A DNA stretch of 64,000 nucleotides from Acidobacteriota bacterium (GTDB lineage: Bacteria; Acidobacteriota; UBA890; WLXD01), in the NCBI GenBank assembly GCA_963666215.2, contig CAXWPL010000003.1, positions 64,001 to 128,000 of the forward strand. Reading direction: 5' to 3'. The notes beneath the pieces were generated by a model. It ran no database searches. It saw only the letters and a program-made list of their open reading frames with translations, and was not told the origin of the DNA. Shown here one piece after another: positions 52,130 to 61,212 of this stretch (the stretch's first letter is position 1; every line of letters begins with the position of its first letter). A program made the position numbers and the translations under genes.

Positions 52130-53122
52130 CTAGTGACCCCGCACGAGCTGCTGCAGCGCGGCCTTGGCCTGCGCCGAGCTCGCTCCCTCAGGCTCGATGT
52201 CGAGGCTACGCTTGTACGCCGTAGCGGCGGCCTCGGTGTTGCCAAGCGCCTGCTGCACGGTGCCGTACATGAAATGCCCGCTGGCGCTTTCGGGATTGAG
52301 CTCGATGTAGGCTGCCAGGTGGTGGCTCGCCTCGGGCAGCGCGCCCTTCTGCGCGTACAGTTGACCGAGAACTTGGTGCCCGAAGGTACTCAGATTGTCG
52401 ACCTCGAGCAGCCTGAGCATCGATTCCTCGGCCTCGTCGGTACGCCGCAGGCGCAGCAGCGACTGCCCCAGCACCGCCAGGGCGTTCGATAGAATGTCTT
52501 CGCGGTTCTGCTGAGCAGACAGCACACCGACCGCCTCGTTCATGTGCTTGACGGTATTCTCGAAGTCGTCCGCCTCGTACGCCGCGCGACCGGCTTGAAA
52601 CGCTTCGCCGCCTACGTTGCCGCCGGCCTCGCGGAGCGCGATGTTGAACGGGTTGACCGCGGGCCGCAGGTTGCGGCGCATCTCGAACGTCACGTAACCC
52701 TCGAGCTCGACGGTCACGACGTAGCGCTCCTTCACGCGCAGACCCGACTGCCTGAACTTGCCTTCGGCATCGGTCGTGTGCTCGTTGAACGCGTTGCGAG
52801 CGGTGTTTTCGTTGATCTGCGTGCGGTCGCCAGCCGGCGCAGCCGTGACGCTCATCCGCGATCCGCCGTCCTCGAGGCGGACGGTGACCTTCGCCCCCTC
52901 GAGCGGCATCCCCCTGGTGTCGGTAACCAGACCGTCGATACGCGCCTCCGCCTGGGTCGACGCAGCAGCGGCGACGTGCGACGGCACAGCCGCTGCTACA
53001 GCAACGGCGGCCAGGAGAATCAGACCAAGCTTGCCGAGTGAGTCCCCGAAACGTGGCGATTGGGTATCGATCACAAGCGCTCCCTGTTGTCGTGTCCAGG
53101 GGAGGGCCGACAGTGAGATCAT
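52130..53122 (-). CDS. Secreted carboxypeptidase-regulatory-like domain plus TPR protein
   Basis: IDGLVTDTRGMPLEGAKV..TTDAEGKF..Y.VTVELEGY followed by TPRs; AGGAG SD. Confidence 0.82.
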   Translation of the reverse strand: MISLSALPWTRQQGALVIDTQSPRFGDSLGKLGLILLAAVAVAAAVPSHVAAAASTQAEARIDGLVTDTRGMPLEGAKVTVRLEDGGSRMSVTAAPAGDRTQINENTARNAFNEHTTDAEGKFRQSGLRVKERYVVTVELEGYVTFEMRRNLRPAVNPFNIALREAGGNVGGEAFQAGRAAYEADDFENTVKHMNEAVGVLSAQQNREDILSNALAVLGQSLLRLRRTDEAEESMLRLLEVDNLSTFGHQVLGQLYAQKGALPEASHHLAAYIELNPESASGHFMYGTVQQALGNTEAAATAYKRSLDIEPEGASSAQAKAALQQLVRGH

Positions 53123-53221
53123 TTCGCTCCTACATGTGTAGACGCACGTGCGCCAGCAACGGTCGCTTCGAAAACGAAGATGCGCCGCTTTTCTCGCGTC
53201 TGCGCTCTTCCCGGGAGCCTC

Positions 53222-54615
53222 TCAGGCGGTGGCCGCGTCGCGCCTCTGGAACGGCACGACACCACGAGGCCCCTCGCCGGGCCGACGCACCAGATGATCG
53301 GTCACCTGATCGGCAGACAACGGCTCCGACAACAGGAACCCTTGGACCTGCTCACAACCTACGGCGCGCAGGTAGCGCAATTGGCTCTCCTTCTCGACGC
53401 CCACCGCCACCACACGCAAGCGAAGCTTGTGGGCCATCGCGACGATCGCCGAGACGAAGCTGGCGTTCTGCGCGTTGTCGGGCAGACCGTGAATGAAGGA
53501 GCTGTCGATCTTGATCTCCTCGATCGGATGCCTCTGCAGGGCGCTCAACGAAGAACATCCCGTACCGAAGTTGTCCACCGACAGTGCGACGCCGAGCTCC
53601 TCGAGTCGTGCAGCGTGGGCACCAGCCAGGTGCCTACCTGGTGCAGCGCCACTTCCTTGAGCTCCAACGTGAAGAAGCGCGGGTCGACCTCGTGCCGCTT
53701 GACGCTGGCGTCGAGACGCTCGACAAAACCCGGTTCGCGCATCTCCTTCGCCGATACGTTCACCGACACGTCAATCGGACCGAAACCGTCGCCTATCCAA
53801 CTTCTCCACTGCGCACAGGCCTGATCGAACACCCACGCGCCGATCTCGCACAGGATCCCGGTTTGTTCGGCCACGAGAATGAAGTCGCCAGCTGGAACGT
53901 TGCCGAGTTGCGGGTGCGTCCAGCGAACGAGCGCCTCGACGCCGGTCAGGCGACGCGAGGTCGCATCGAAGATCGGCTGGTAGAAGAGCTCGAAGCGACG
54001 ATGCGCGAGCGCCTCCTCGAGCATCTGCCTCAGAACACGCCGGTGCGCTGCCGCGCTGTCGACCCGATCTCCGTAGTATCGATAGGAATCGCCCCCCTGC
54101 CCGCGCGCGCCAGGGCACTCGTCGACGCGGCGACAAGCGTGCTCGCCTCAGTGCCGTCGGCGGGGCTGACGGCGATGCCGATGCTGGCCGTGAGGAAGAG
54201 CGTGGCCCGCTCCAACGGTACCGGTCGCCGCAGGGAAGGCCAGCGCCTCCTCGGCCACCCGGGCCGGCACCAGCTCATCCTCGAAGCCGCTGAGCATGAT
54301 GGCGAACTCGTCACGCTCGATGCGCGACAGCGTCGCCTCGTCGTCGGGTTCGGGCCGAGCAACGGTGTCCGTAGAGCGAAGGCAGTCGGCGAGTCGCTCG
54401 GCGAACACGCGCAGGACCTCGCCAGCGGCCTCTGCGCCCAGATGTCGAGCGAGCGGCTCAAACTGATCGATGTCGATGTACAGCGCGGCCACCAGAGATC
54501 CGTCGCGTGCCGCCAGCTGAAGCGCCTTGCGCAACCGATCGTCGAAGAGATTGCGGCCGGGCAATCCGGTGAACGGATCGCGCATCTCGGCCGATTCGCT
54601 GGTCCCTTGGTCCAT
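53222..54615 (-). pseudogene. GGDEF-EAL protein, degenerate and split by about three frameshifts
   Basis: DPFTGLPGR, ERDEF, TASIGIA, FYQP..VEALVRW, DNFGTG, KIDSSF and VQGFLLS are spread over four frames, with shifts near 54240, 54095 and 53605. Confidence 0.85.
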
Positions 54616-54655
54616 AGCCCGCTGCCCGTCGACGGGCGGCCCTGCCGCACGTCGA

Positions 54656-54735
54656 GTTATCGACAGTTACTTATAGATATCAATACATATAATAGACAAT
54701 ATAAACAGGTCAAAGCATAAAATCACTATCCAACG
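54656..54735. promoter_or_regulatory. AT-rich intergenic tract upstream of the GGDEF-EAL gene
   Basis: Strongly AT-rich stretch in a GC-rich window. The minus strand has TTGACC and TTGTCT hexamers with TATATG and TATAAG downstream. Confidence 0.5.
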
Positions 54736-54742
54736 AGTGTCA

Positions 54743-56035
54743 TCAGTTCCCAGAAGACATCAAAACTGCTTCAGGTCGGCCCCGAAGCGACCTCATGCTG
54801 CGGATGCCGATCACCGGCCCGGCTGCCAGCGCGCCGAAGGCCAGTGACCAGCCCCCGACCGCCACCAAGGGAGGCACCATCCGGATGGTGATCAATGTCA
54901 GCAGAAACCCGAGCGTTGTCTGCATGGTGAGTGCCGTTCCGACGTACTCGGGATCACACAGCTCGCTCACCGCGGTGCTGAATTGAGCACTGTCGGCCAC
55001 CACCGCGATCCCCCATAGCAGACAGAGAGCCGTCACCAGGCCGATCTGCAACGACGACATCGAAGCCGCACTGGCGGCCGCCTGCCCTGCAGTCGACTCT
55101 GCACCGCCGAACGGCACAGCGAGCCCGAACAAGGCCATCGTGAGTGCACAGCCACCCGACACCGCGAGGCTCCATATCGTCACCCGCGTGCGGCCCAGCC
55201 GGTCGGCCACGGCGCCAGCGAACACGCTCCCCAGCCCGCCAATGGCCACAACGGCAAATCCCGCCAGGCGTGCAGACTCGTCGCTGTGGCCGGCGGCGCG
55301 GTAGGTCTCGAGCAGAAAAAGCGGTACCCAGGTCCACATGGCGTACAGCTCCCACATGTGTCCGAGATAGCCGAGATTGGCCAGCCGAAGCGCCGGGTCG
55401 ACGAAGGCGCGCGCCGCCTGTCGCGGATTGAACGGCGCCGCCGCGGGTAGATGGGGGCCGGACGACACAAACAGGCCCACGATCAGCGCGGCGGCAAGCG
55501 CGGCGGCCGACGCCACCAGTAGCACCGCTGGCCAGGCAGGTAGGCCGGTGGGGCCAGGAAAGATGGGCAAGGCGTTGAACAGGTGCGGCAACGCAGACCC
55601 CACGGTCACCGCTCCCACCACCACGCCAATCGCGAATCCTCGGCGGCGCCGGAACCAGCTCACCATCAGCTTCATCGCCGGCGGGTACACACCGGCCAGA
55701 CTCGCTCCGGTAAGCGTGCGAAGGAGCAGAACGGCAGTGAAATCGGGGTTGGCGCCAAGTTGCGCGATCGCCGCGTTGAACCCGGCTCCCGCCAGGGCCG
55801 CGAGAACGAAGAGCCTTTGAGCGGCAACGCGATCGGCGATGTTGAGCAGCGCACTCCCCAGCGCACCAACCACGAAGCCGAGCTGCACGCTCATCGAGAG
55901 CCCGGCCTGCTGGCCGCCGGTAAGAGACCACTCGGCCGTGAGCTGCGGCACCACGGCGGAAGCCGAGAACCAAAGAGACATCGCCAAGAGCTCTGCCAGC
56001 GACAGCAACAACAGGTTCTTCCACTTAGCGGGCAT
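54743..56035 (-). CDS. MFS transporter
   Basis: About 12 TM segments; GVYPPAMK, GYLGHMWELYAMW, ADRLGR and ADSAQFS. Confidence 0.9.
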   Translation of the reverse strand: MPAKWKNLLLLSLAELLAMSLWFSASAVVPQLTAEWSLTGGQQAGLSMSVQLGFVVGALGSALLNIADRVAAQRLFVLAALAGAGFNAAIAQLGANPDFTAVLLLRTLTGASLAGVYPPAMKLMVSWFRRRRGFAIGVVVGAVTVGSALPHLFNALPIFPGPTGLPAWPAVLLVASAAALAAALIVGLFVSSGPHLPAAAPFNPRQAARAFVDPALRLANLGYLGHMWELYAMWTWVPLFLLETYRAAGHSDESARLAGFAVVAIGGLGSVFAGAVADRLGRTRVTIWSLAVSGGCALTMALFGLAVPFGGAESTAGQAAASAASMSSLQIGLVTALCLLWGIAVVADSAQFSTAVSELCDPEYVGTALTMQTTLGFLLTLITIRMVPPLVAVGGWSLAFGALAAGPVIGIRSMRSLRGRPEAVLMSSGN

Positions 56036-56187
56036 CGCAGCATCATACGCGCCGCCGACCGACAATGAAGATGTGCCGCAGAGCAGGGAGAGCGCGCTCA
56101 TACGGCGAAACAGGGACTGCTAAACTCTGCGGCCGAGATCGCGTCCGCCGACGATCCGCTCGTGCCTCCCCTCGGATGGAGCCGCCA

Positions 56188-56556
56188 ATGAAGCTCGCCC
56201 ACACGATGATCCGAGTTCGTGACCTGCAGCCCTCGATCGACTTCTACTGCGGGTTCCTCGGGATGCGCGAGATGAGCCGCAAAGACCTGGGCGACGCCAT
56301 GCTGGTCTTCCTCGGCGACGGCCACGGAGCCGTGCTCGTGGAGCTGACTTTCAACAAGGACGGCCGCGAGTACGCGCTGGGAACTCAGTTTGGTCATCTG
56401 GCGTTCTTCTCTGAGGACCTCGAGGCCGTGGTTGCCCAGGTTGAGGAGCGCAGTTGGTGGTATCGGCGATCGAAGCCCGACCCGTCGAGATACATCTTCA
56501 TCAAGGATCCCGATGGCTACGACATCGAGATCCTGCAGGCCAACTCCACGAGTTAG
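56188..56556 (+). CDS. Glyoxalase I (lactoylglutathione lyase)/VOC-family protein
   Basis: HTMIRV, ELTFN, GHLAF and FIKDPDGYDIE. Confidence 0.88.
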   Translation: MKLAHTMIRVRDLQPSIDFYCGFLGMREMSRKDLGDAMLVFLGDGHGAVLVELTFNKDGREYALGTQFGHLAFFSEDLEAVVAQVEERSWWYRRSKPDPSRYIFIKDPDGYDIEILQANSTS

Positions 56557-56638
56557 CTGGCGCCCCGACTTCGACTCCCGAATGCATTTGCGTTCGCCGC
56601 CCGGCGACGCCGCTGCGACCCCAGACACGGCGGATACG

Positions 56639-58353
56639 GTGAATATCCTCGGCTTCAACTGCTACATGCACGATTCGGCAGCCGCGCTGCTGAGCGAGGG
56701 ACAGGTGCGCTGCGCAGTCGCCGAGGAGCGCTTCACGCGGCGAAAGCACGTGGGCGACTTTCCAGCCGAGGCGATCCGCTACTGTCTGCGCGATGGTGGC
56801 CTCGAAGTCGACGACCTGGACTGCGTGACGTTCTTCTACAAGCCCTGGGACGGCTTCCTGAAGCGCGTGCTGCACGCAGTGCGGCACCTACCGCACGCCG
56901 GCGACCTGGCGAGCCGCCGTGCCGGGTCGTGGAACCGCTTCCGCACTGCCGACGACGCGTTCAGAACCGATCTCGGCATCGAGCCGGCGGTGGTCCGGAG
57001 TTCCTTTTCGTCGAACACCACCTGGCCCACGCCGCCAGCGCCTTCTTCTGCTCGCCGTTCGAAGAGGCGGCGATCCTGTCGATCGATGGCGCCGGCGAGT
57101 GGACCACAACCCTCGCCGGCCGAGGCGTAGGCAGCCAAATCGAGAAGCTCACAGAGGTCAGCTTTCCGCACTCGCTCGGCAACGTCTACAGCGCGGTGAC
57201 TCAGTACCTCGGCTTCCGACCCAACGGAGGCGAGGGCAAGGTGATGGGGCTGGCGCCCTACGGCGACCCGGCACGCTTCATCGACACGTTCCAGGACATG
57301 GTGCGGCTCTCCGACGGCGGCCGCTTCGAGATCGAGCTCAGCTATTTCCAGCACCACCTCGGCAAGGAGCGCCGCTACAGCGACCGGCTCATCGACGCGC
57401 TCGGCCCGGCCCGCGAGCCCGAGAGCGACATGACGGGTCATTACGAAGACATCGCCGCCGCTCTGCAGCTACGACTTGAAGAGACCGTGGTCCACCTGGC
57501 GCGCCACCTGCAGCGGACTACCGGGCTCAAGCGCCTATGTATGGCCGGGGGCGTGGCGCTCAACAGTGTTGCCAACGGCAAGGTGCTCGCCGAAACCGAC
57601 TTCGACGAGATCTTCATCCAGCCCGCCGCCGGCGACGACGGCACGAGCTTGGGAGGAGCGCTGTACGCGCACGTGTGCCTGAAAGGCGGCGAGCGCCCCG
57701 AGCCGATGCGCCACGCCTACCTCGGACCGCAGTACAGCGACGACGACTGTCGCGGAGCGCTCGAATCGGCGGGGCTGCGCCCGGTCGCCGATGTGGCCGA
57801 ATCGCAGCTCGCCGATCGGATGGCCGAGCTGCTCGAGCAACAGAAGATCGTGGCGCTCTACCAGGGTCGCGCCGAGTTCGGTCCGCGTGCGCTTGGCAAC
57901 CGCTCGATTCTGACCGACCCGCGAAGCCAGCAGATGAAGGACACCCTCAACGCACGGGTCAAGCGCCGCGAAGGCTTCCGGCCGTTCGCACCAGTCGTGC
58001 TAGCCGAGCGGCGCCACGAGTTCTTTTCGGGCCAACACGGCTCTCCCTACATGCTGCTGGTCGAGGACGTTCGCGCCGACAAGGCCGACGAGCTGCAGGC
58101 GATCACGCACGTCGACGGCACGGCGCGAGTGCAGGACATCGAGCGCGACATCAACCCGCTCTACTACGACACGGTTGCCGCTTTCGGCGAGCGTACCGGC
58201 GTTCCAGTGCTGCTCAACACTTCCTTCAACGTGCGCGGTGAACCGATCATCAACACCCCCGAGGAGGCGGTTCTCGGCTTCCTGAACATGGACATCGACG
58301 CGCTGGTCTTGGGTCGGTACTTGCTGCAAAAAGAAGATGTCGCGACCGGCTGA
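56639..58353 (+). pseudogene. O-carbamoyltransferase (NodU/CmcH/TobZ family), frameshifted at about 56985
   Basis: HDSAAAL and EERFTRRKH in frame 1; EHHLAHAASAF, GKVMGLAPYG, GGVALN, GPRALGNRS and LNTSFN in frame 2. Confidence 0.9.
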
Positions 58354-59872
58354 GCGCACTACTCAGCCAACCGACGGCGCCACCAGGCAGCCCTCGAGAT
58401 GGCGCCCCGACCGTCCGACGCTTTGGCTCCTCCTGCTGTTTCTACTGAGCCTGCCGCTGGTCACGGCGCGCGTTTATGGCGTTGACGAGATCCAGTACTA
58501 CGCCTACCTGAGCTCGGCCTGGAACAACCAGGATCTCGACTTCCGCGACGACTACACTCGGCTGCTCGGCGACGATCGGCTCGAAACCATCGACGCGGGA
58601 GCGCTCTTCCGCCAAACAACACCGACGGGGAAGCTGGCCAACTTCGCGGGGATCGGCTGCGCCCTCCTGTGGGCGCCGTTCTTCGTCGCTGGCGACGTGA
58701 TCGCGATCATCGGGGGCTGGCCGCGCGACGGTTTCTCGGCCCCCTATCTCACCGCCGTCTGCTACGGCGCTGCCTTCTATGCCTTTCTCGGGCTGCTGCT
58801 GCTGCTGGACCTCGCCCGACGCGAGCTCGACGATCGCAGCGCCCTGTTCGGAGTGGGACTGGCCTGGTGGGCAACGGCTCTGCCCTTCTATATGTACGTA
58901 ACACCACCGATGTCGCACGCAACATCGTTTTTTGCGGCGTCGCTGTTTGTCTGGGCTTGGTACCGCTGGCGCGACGACGGACGCGCAAGCTCACCCGGTC
59001 CTTCGGAAGATCCCGATCTGCAGAGTCCGCCGAGTCCTCCGAGTCCTCCGAGCTACCAGAGTCCCTCGAGGTATCTGGCTCTCGGAGCCCTGCTCGGTGT
59101 GGCCACGCTCGTGCGCGAGCAGAACTTGCTGTTCGGTGTGCTCGTTGCCCTCGACCTTGTTCAGGCGTGCCGGGCAAGCGCCAGCGAGAGCGCCTGGAGC
59201 GATGTCGTTGCCGGGCTAGCGCGGAGCGCTGGCGCGTTTGCCATCGGCCTGGTCCTGGCGATGGTGCCGCAGCTCGTGGTCTGGTTCGAACTCTTCGGCA
59301 GCATCGGCCCACCGCCGCTGCGCGTTTCGTTCATGCAACCGCTGCCGACGCACCTCCCGTCCGTTCTCGCCTCGAGCAACCATGGGCTGCTGCCCTGGCA
59401 TCCAGTCTGGATCGTCGGCTTCGGGGGGCTGCTGCTGTTGGCGCGGCGGCGCCCGACGGTGCTGATACCGCTCGTCGTGGCATTCGGCGCCCAGCTCTGG
59501 TTCCTCGGCGCGGCGAGCAACTGGTCGGGCGGCATGGCGTTCGGGCAGCGCCGGTTACTCAACTCGCTCTATGTAGTGGCGCTCGGTGCCGGCGAGGCGG
59601 TTCGGCGAGCGCCGCGAGCCCTGGCCGTCGGCGTCGCGGCGTTGTTGATCTGGCTGAACCTGTCGCTCCTCATACAGTTCGGCTCCGGGATGATTCCACG
59701 TGCCGGAGGCGTCTCCTGGCGGGCTGTCGCCCGCAATCACGTTGTCGAAGTGCCTCGGGCGGCCGCTGACCTGCTGACCCGCTATCTGTTCGACCGCGAC
59801 TCATTGTGGCAGCCCTCCGGGGCCAAGCCGGACGACACGAAGCTCGACACCGATTCTTCGTCGAGGCGCTAG
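58337..59872 (+). CDS. GT-C-fold polytopic membrane glycosyltransferase (PMT/ArnT-like)
   Basis: First-loop acidic motif GVDEIQYY after TM1, many TM helices, WSGGMAFGQR. Overlaps the carbamoyltransferase end. Confidence 0.7.
   Translation: MSRPAERTTQPTDGATRQPSRWRPDRPTLWLLLLFLLSLPLVTARVYGVDEIQYYAYLSSAWNNQDLDFRDDYTRLLGDDRLETIDAGALFRQTTPTGKLANFAGIGCALLWAPFFVAGDVIAIIGGWPRDGFSAPYLTAVCYGAAFYAFLGLLLLLDLARRELDDRSALFGVGLAWWATALPFYMYVTPPMSHATSFFAASLFVWAWYRWRDDGRASSPGPSEDPDLQSPPSPPSPPSYQSPSRYLALGALLGVATLVREQNLLFGVLVALDLVQACRASASESAWSDVVAGLARSAGAFAIGLVLAMVPQLVVWFELFGSIGPPPLRVSFMQPLPTHLPSVLASSNHGLLPWHPVWIVGFGGLLLLARRRPTVLIPLVVAFGAQLWFLGAASNWSGGMAFGQRRLLNSLYVVALGAGEAVRRAPRALAVGVAALLIWLNLSLLIQFGSGMIPRAGGVSWRAVARNHVVEVPRAAADLLTRYLFDRDSLWQPSGAKPDDTKLDTDSSSRR
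59023..59067 (+). repeat. Degenerate 9-bp coding tandem repeat (SPP)n
   Basis: GAGTCCGCC GAGTCCTCC GAGTCCTCC GAGCTACCA GAGTCCCTC. Confidence 0.85.
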
Positions 59873-61212
59873 TAGCCCGTCAGCTCGACGTAGCCGGTGC
59901 CGACAAAGTTGTCGTCGCGGCTCACCTGGCCGAGCTGGCGGATTTGGAGAACTTGCACGATCCCCTCCCAATAGCGGAACGCCAATCGAAGCTCCTGGTC
60001 GGCGATCAACGGTCGTATCTCGAGCCCACGCAGATCCTCACCTGGCAGCAGCACGTCAACGTTCCAGGCCGAGGGATATCGCACTCCAGACGGGCTCGTC
60101 CAGGCAGCCGTCTGCTCGACACGAATGTCGTCGGCTGTCAAACGGACGCTTCGGCCATCGGCCTGCACGAGCGTCCCGCCGCTCGCTGAATGCACGCCGC
60201 CATCCTGCAAGCGAAGCAGGTAGATCATCAGATCCCGACCGTCGTCGAGCCGTAGGCCGAACCAGTCCCAACCCGCGAGTCCCGGCTCGAGCGTGCCGCT
60301 GCTCCACTCACGATCGAGCCAGCTGGCGCCGGCGACAGCGTGGCTTTCACCGGCAATCTCCAGCACTCCGCCAGTGATGATGCGGGGCATCGAGTAGTAG
60401 TAGGAGGCGTTGCCCGGCTGGTCTCCCTTGCGACTGTGACCGCGGTCGCCGTGCAGAACGGGCGCTGCCGACGAGTCGAGACGCAGATCGATGGAGATCC
60501 TCTCGCCATCCGGCATTTCATGGGCCGCTCGAACGCGCACCGGCAGAAACGGGGCGTCTCCACGCTGCGAGCTCTGTGCGTCGGACTCGAGCTTCGGATC
60601 CGGCAGACCCTCCACCATCGGCGCAGCGGCATCACGGGCGGATCTCTCCTGTTCCTGCCCATGGATGGACCAGTCGTCGAGCCACACGCGAAACGGGGCC
60701 CCCCTGTTCCCGGCCAGGCCCAGCGGACCACCGCGCGAGAAGCGTTCCGCGGCTACGAAGCGTTGGGCCCCGACATCGCTGACCGTCAGGTGCGCCATCC
60801 ATGCCTGTGTCGTGCCCCACGCCGAGGAACCGCCGCGCGGTTGAGGCGCCATTGATGTGCGGAAGAAGGTGAGTTGATAGCCGAACAGGCGGCCCTGTTC
60901 GCCGCCTGCGATGACCCGGCCAAGCGCGCCGTCTTCCGGCGTTCCTGTGCGCGGGTCGCCAGCCTGCTCCGCGCGCAGAACGCCTGTGAGGTACCACCAC
61001 TCGCTGCGGAACTCGGGGTGCGCGCTGTGGTCACGCGGAAAAACAAACGGGCGCGGCGCGAGCGCGCGGTCGTAGCCCTCGAGCGAGATCTCGTCGCCGC
61101 CGAGAACGTCCAGGACCGACATCGTGCCGCTCACCGGAGTCGGGGACTGCGAACCACACGCCGCGGCAACCAGCACTACGACTGGCAATGTCAGGCCAAG
61201 CGGGTACTTCAC
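59869..61212 (-). CDS. AttH/CrtC-like lipocalin-domain lipoprotein
   Basis: Lipobox AAAC, FPRDH..HP..RSEWWY, GYQLTFFR, SYYYS, WLDREWS, GWDWF, YWEG and GYVELTGY. Confidence 0.88.
   Translation of the reverse strand: MKYPLGLTLPVVVLVAAACGSQSPTPVSGTMSVLDVLGGDEISLEGYDRALAPRPFVFPRDHSAHPEFRSEWWYLTGVLRAEQAGDPRTGTPEDGALGRVIAGGEQGRLFGYQLTFFRTSMAPQPRGGSSAWGTTQAWMAHLTVSDVGAQRFVAAERFSRGGPLGLAGNRGAPFRVWLDDWSIHGQEQERSARDAAAPMVEGLPDPKLESDAQSSQRGDAPFLPVRVRAAHEMPDGERISIDLRLDSSAAPVLHGDRGHSRKGDQPGNASYYYSMPRIITGGVLEIAGESHAVAGASWLDREWSSGTLEPGLAGWDWFGLRLDDGRDLMIYLLRLQDGGVHSASGGTLVQADGRSVRLTADDIRVEQTAAWTSPSGVRYPSAWNVDVLLPGEDLRGLEIRPLIADQELRLAFRYWEGIVQVLQIRQLGQVSRDDNFVGTGYVELTGY

Noticed and set aside
54656-54735. 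Replication origin or sRNA in the AT-rich tract
   Set aside because: No DnaA-box array, iterons or stable hairpin with a terminator is visible. A promoter region is the simpler explanation.
59869-61212. Carotenoid 1,2-hydratase (crtC) function
   Set aside because: No carotenoid genes are nearby. The lipobox and ABC permease context fit the AttH-like group.
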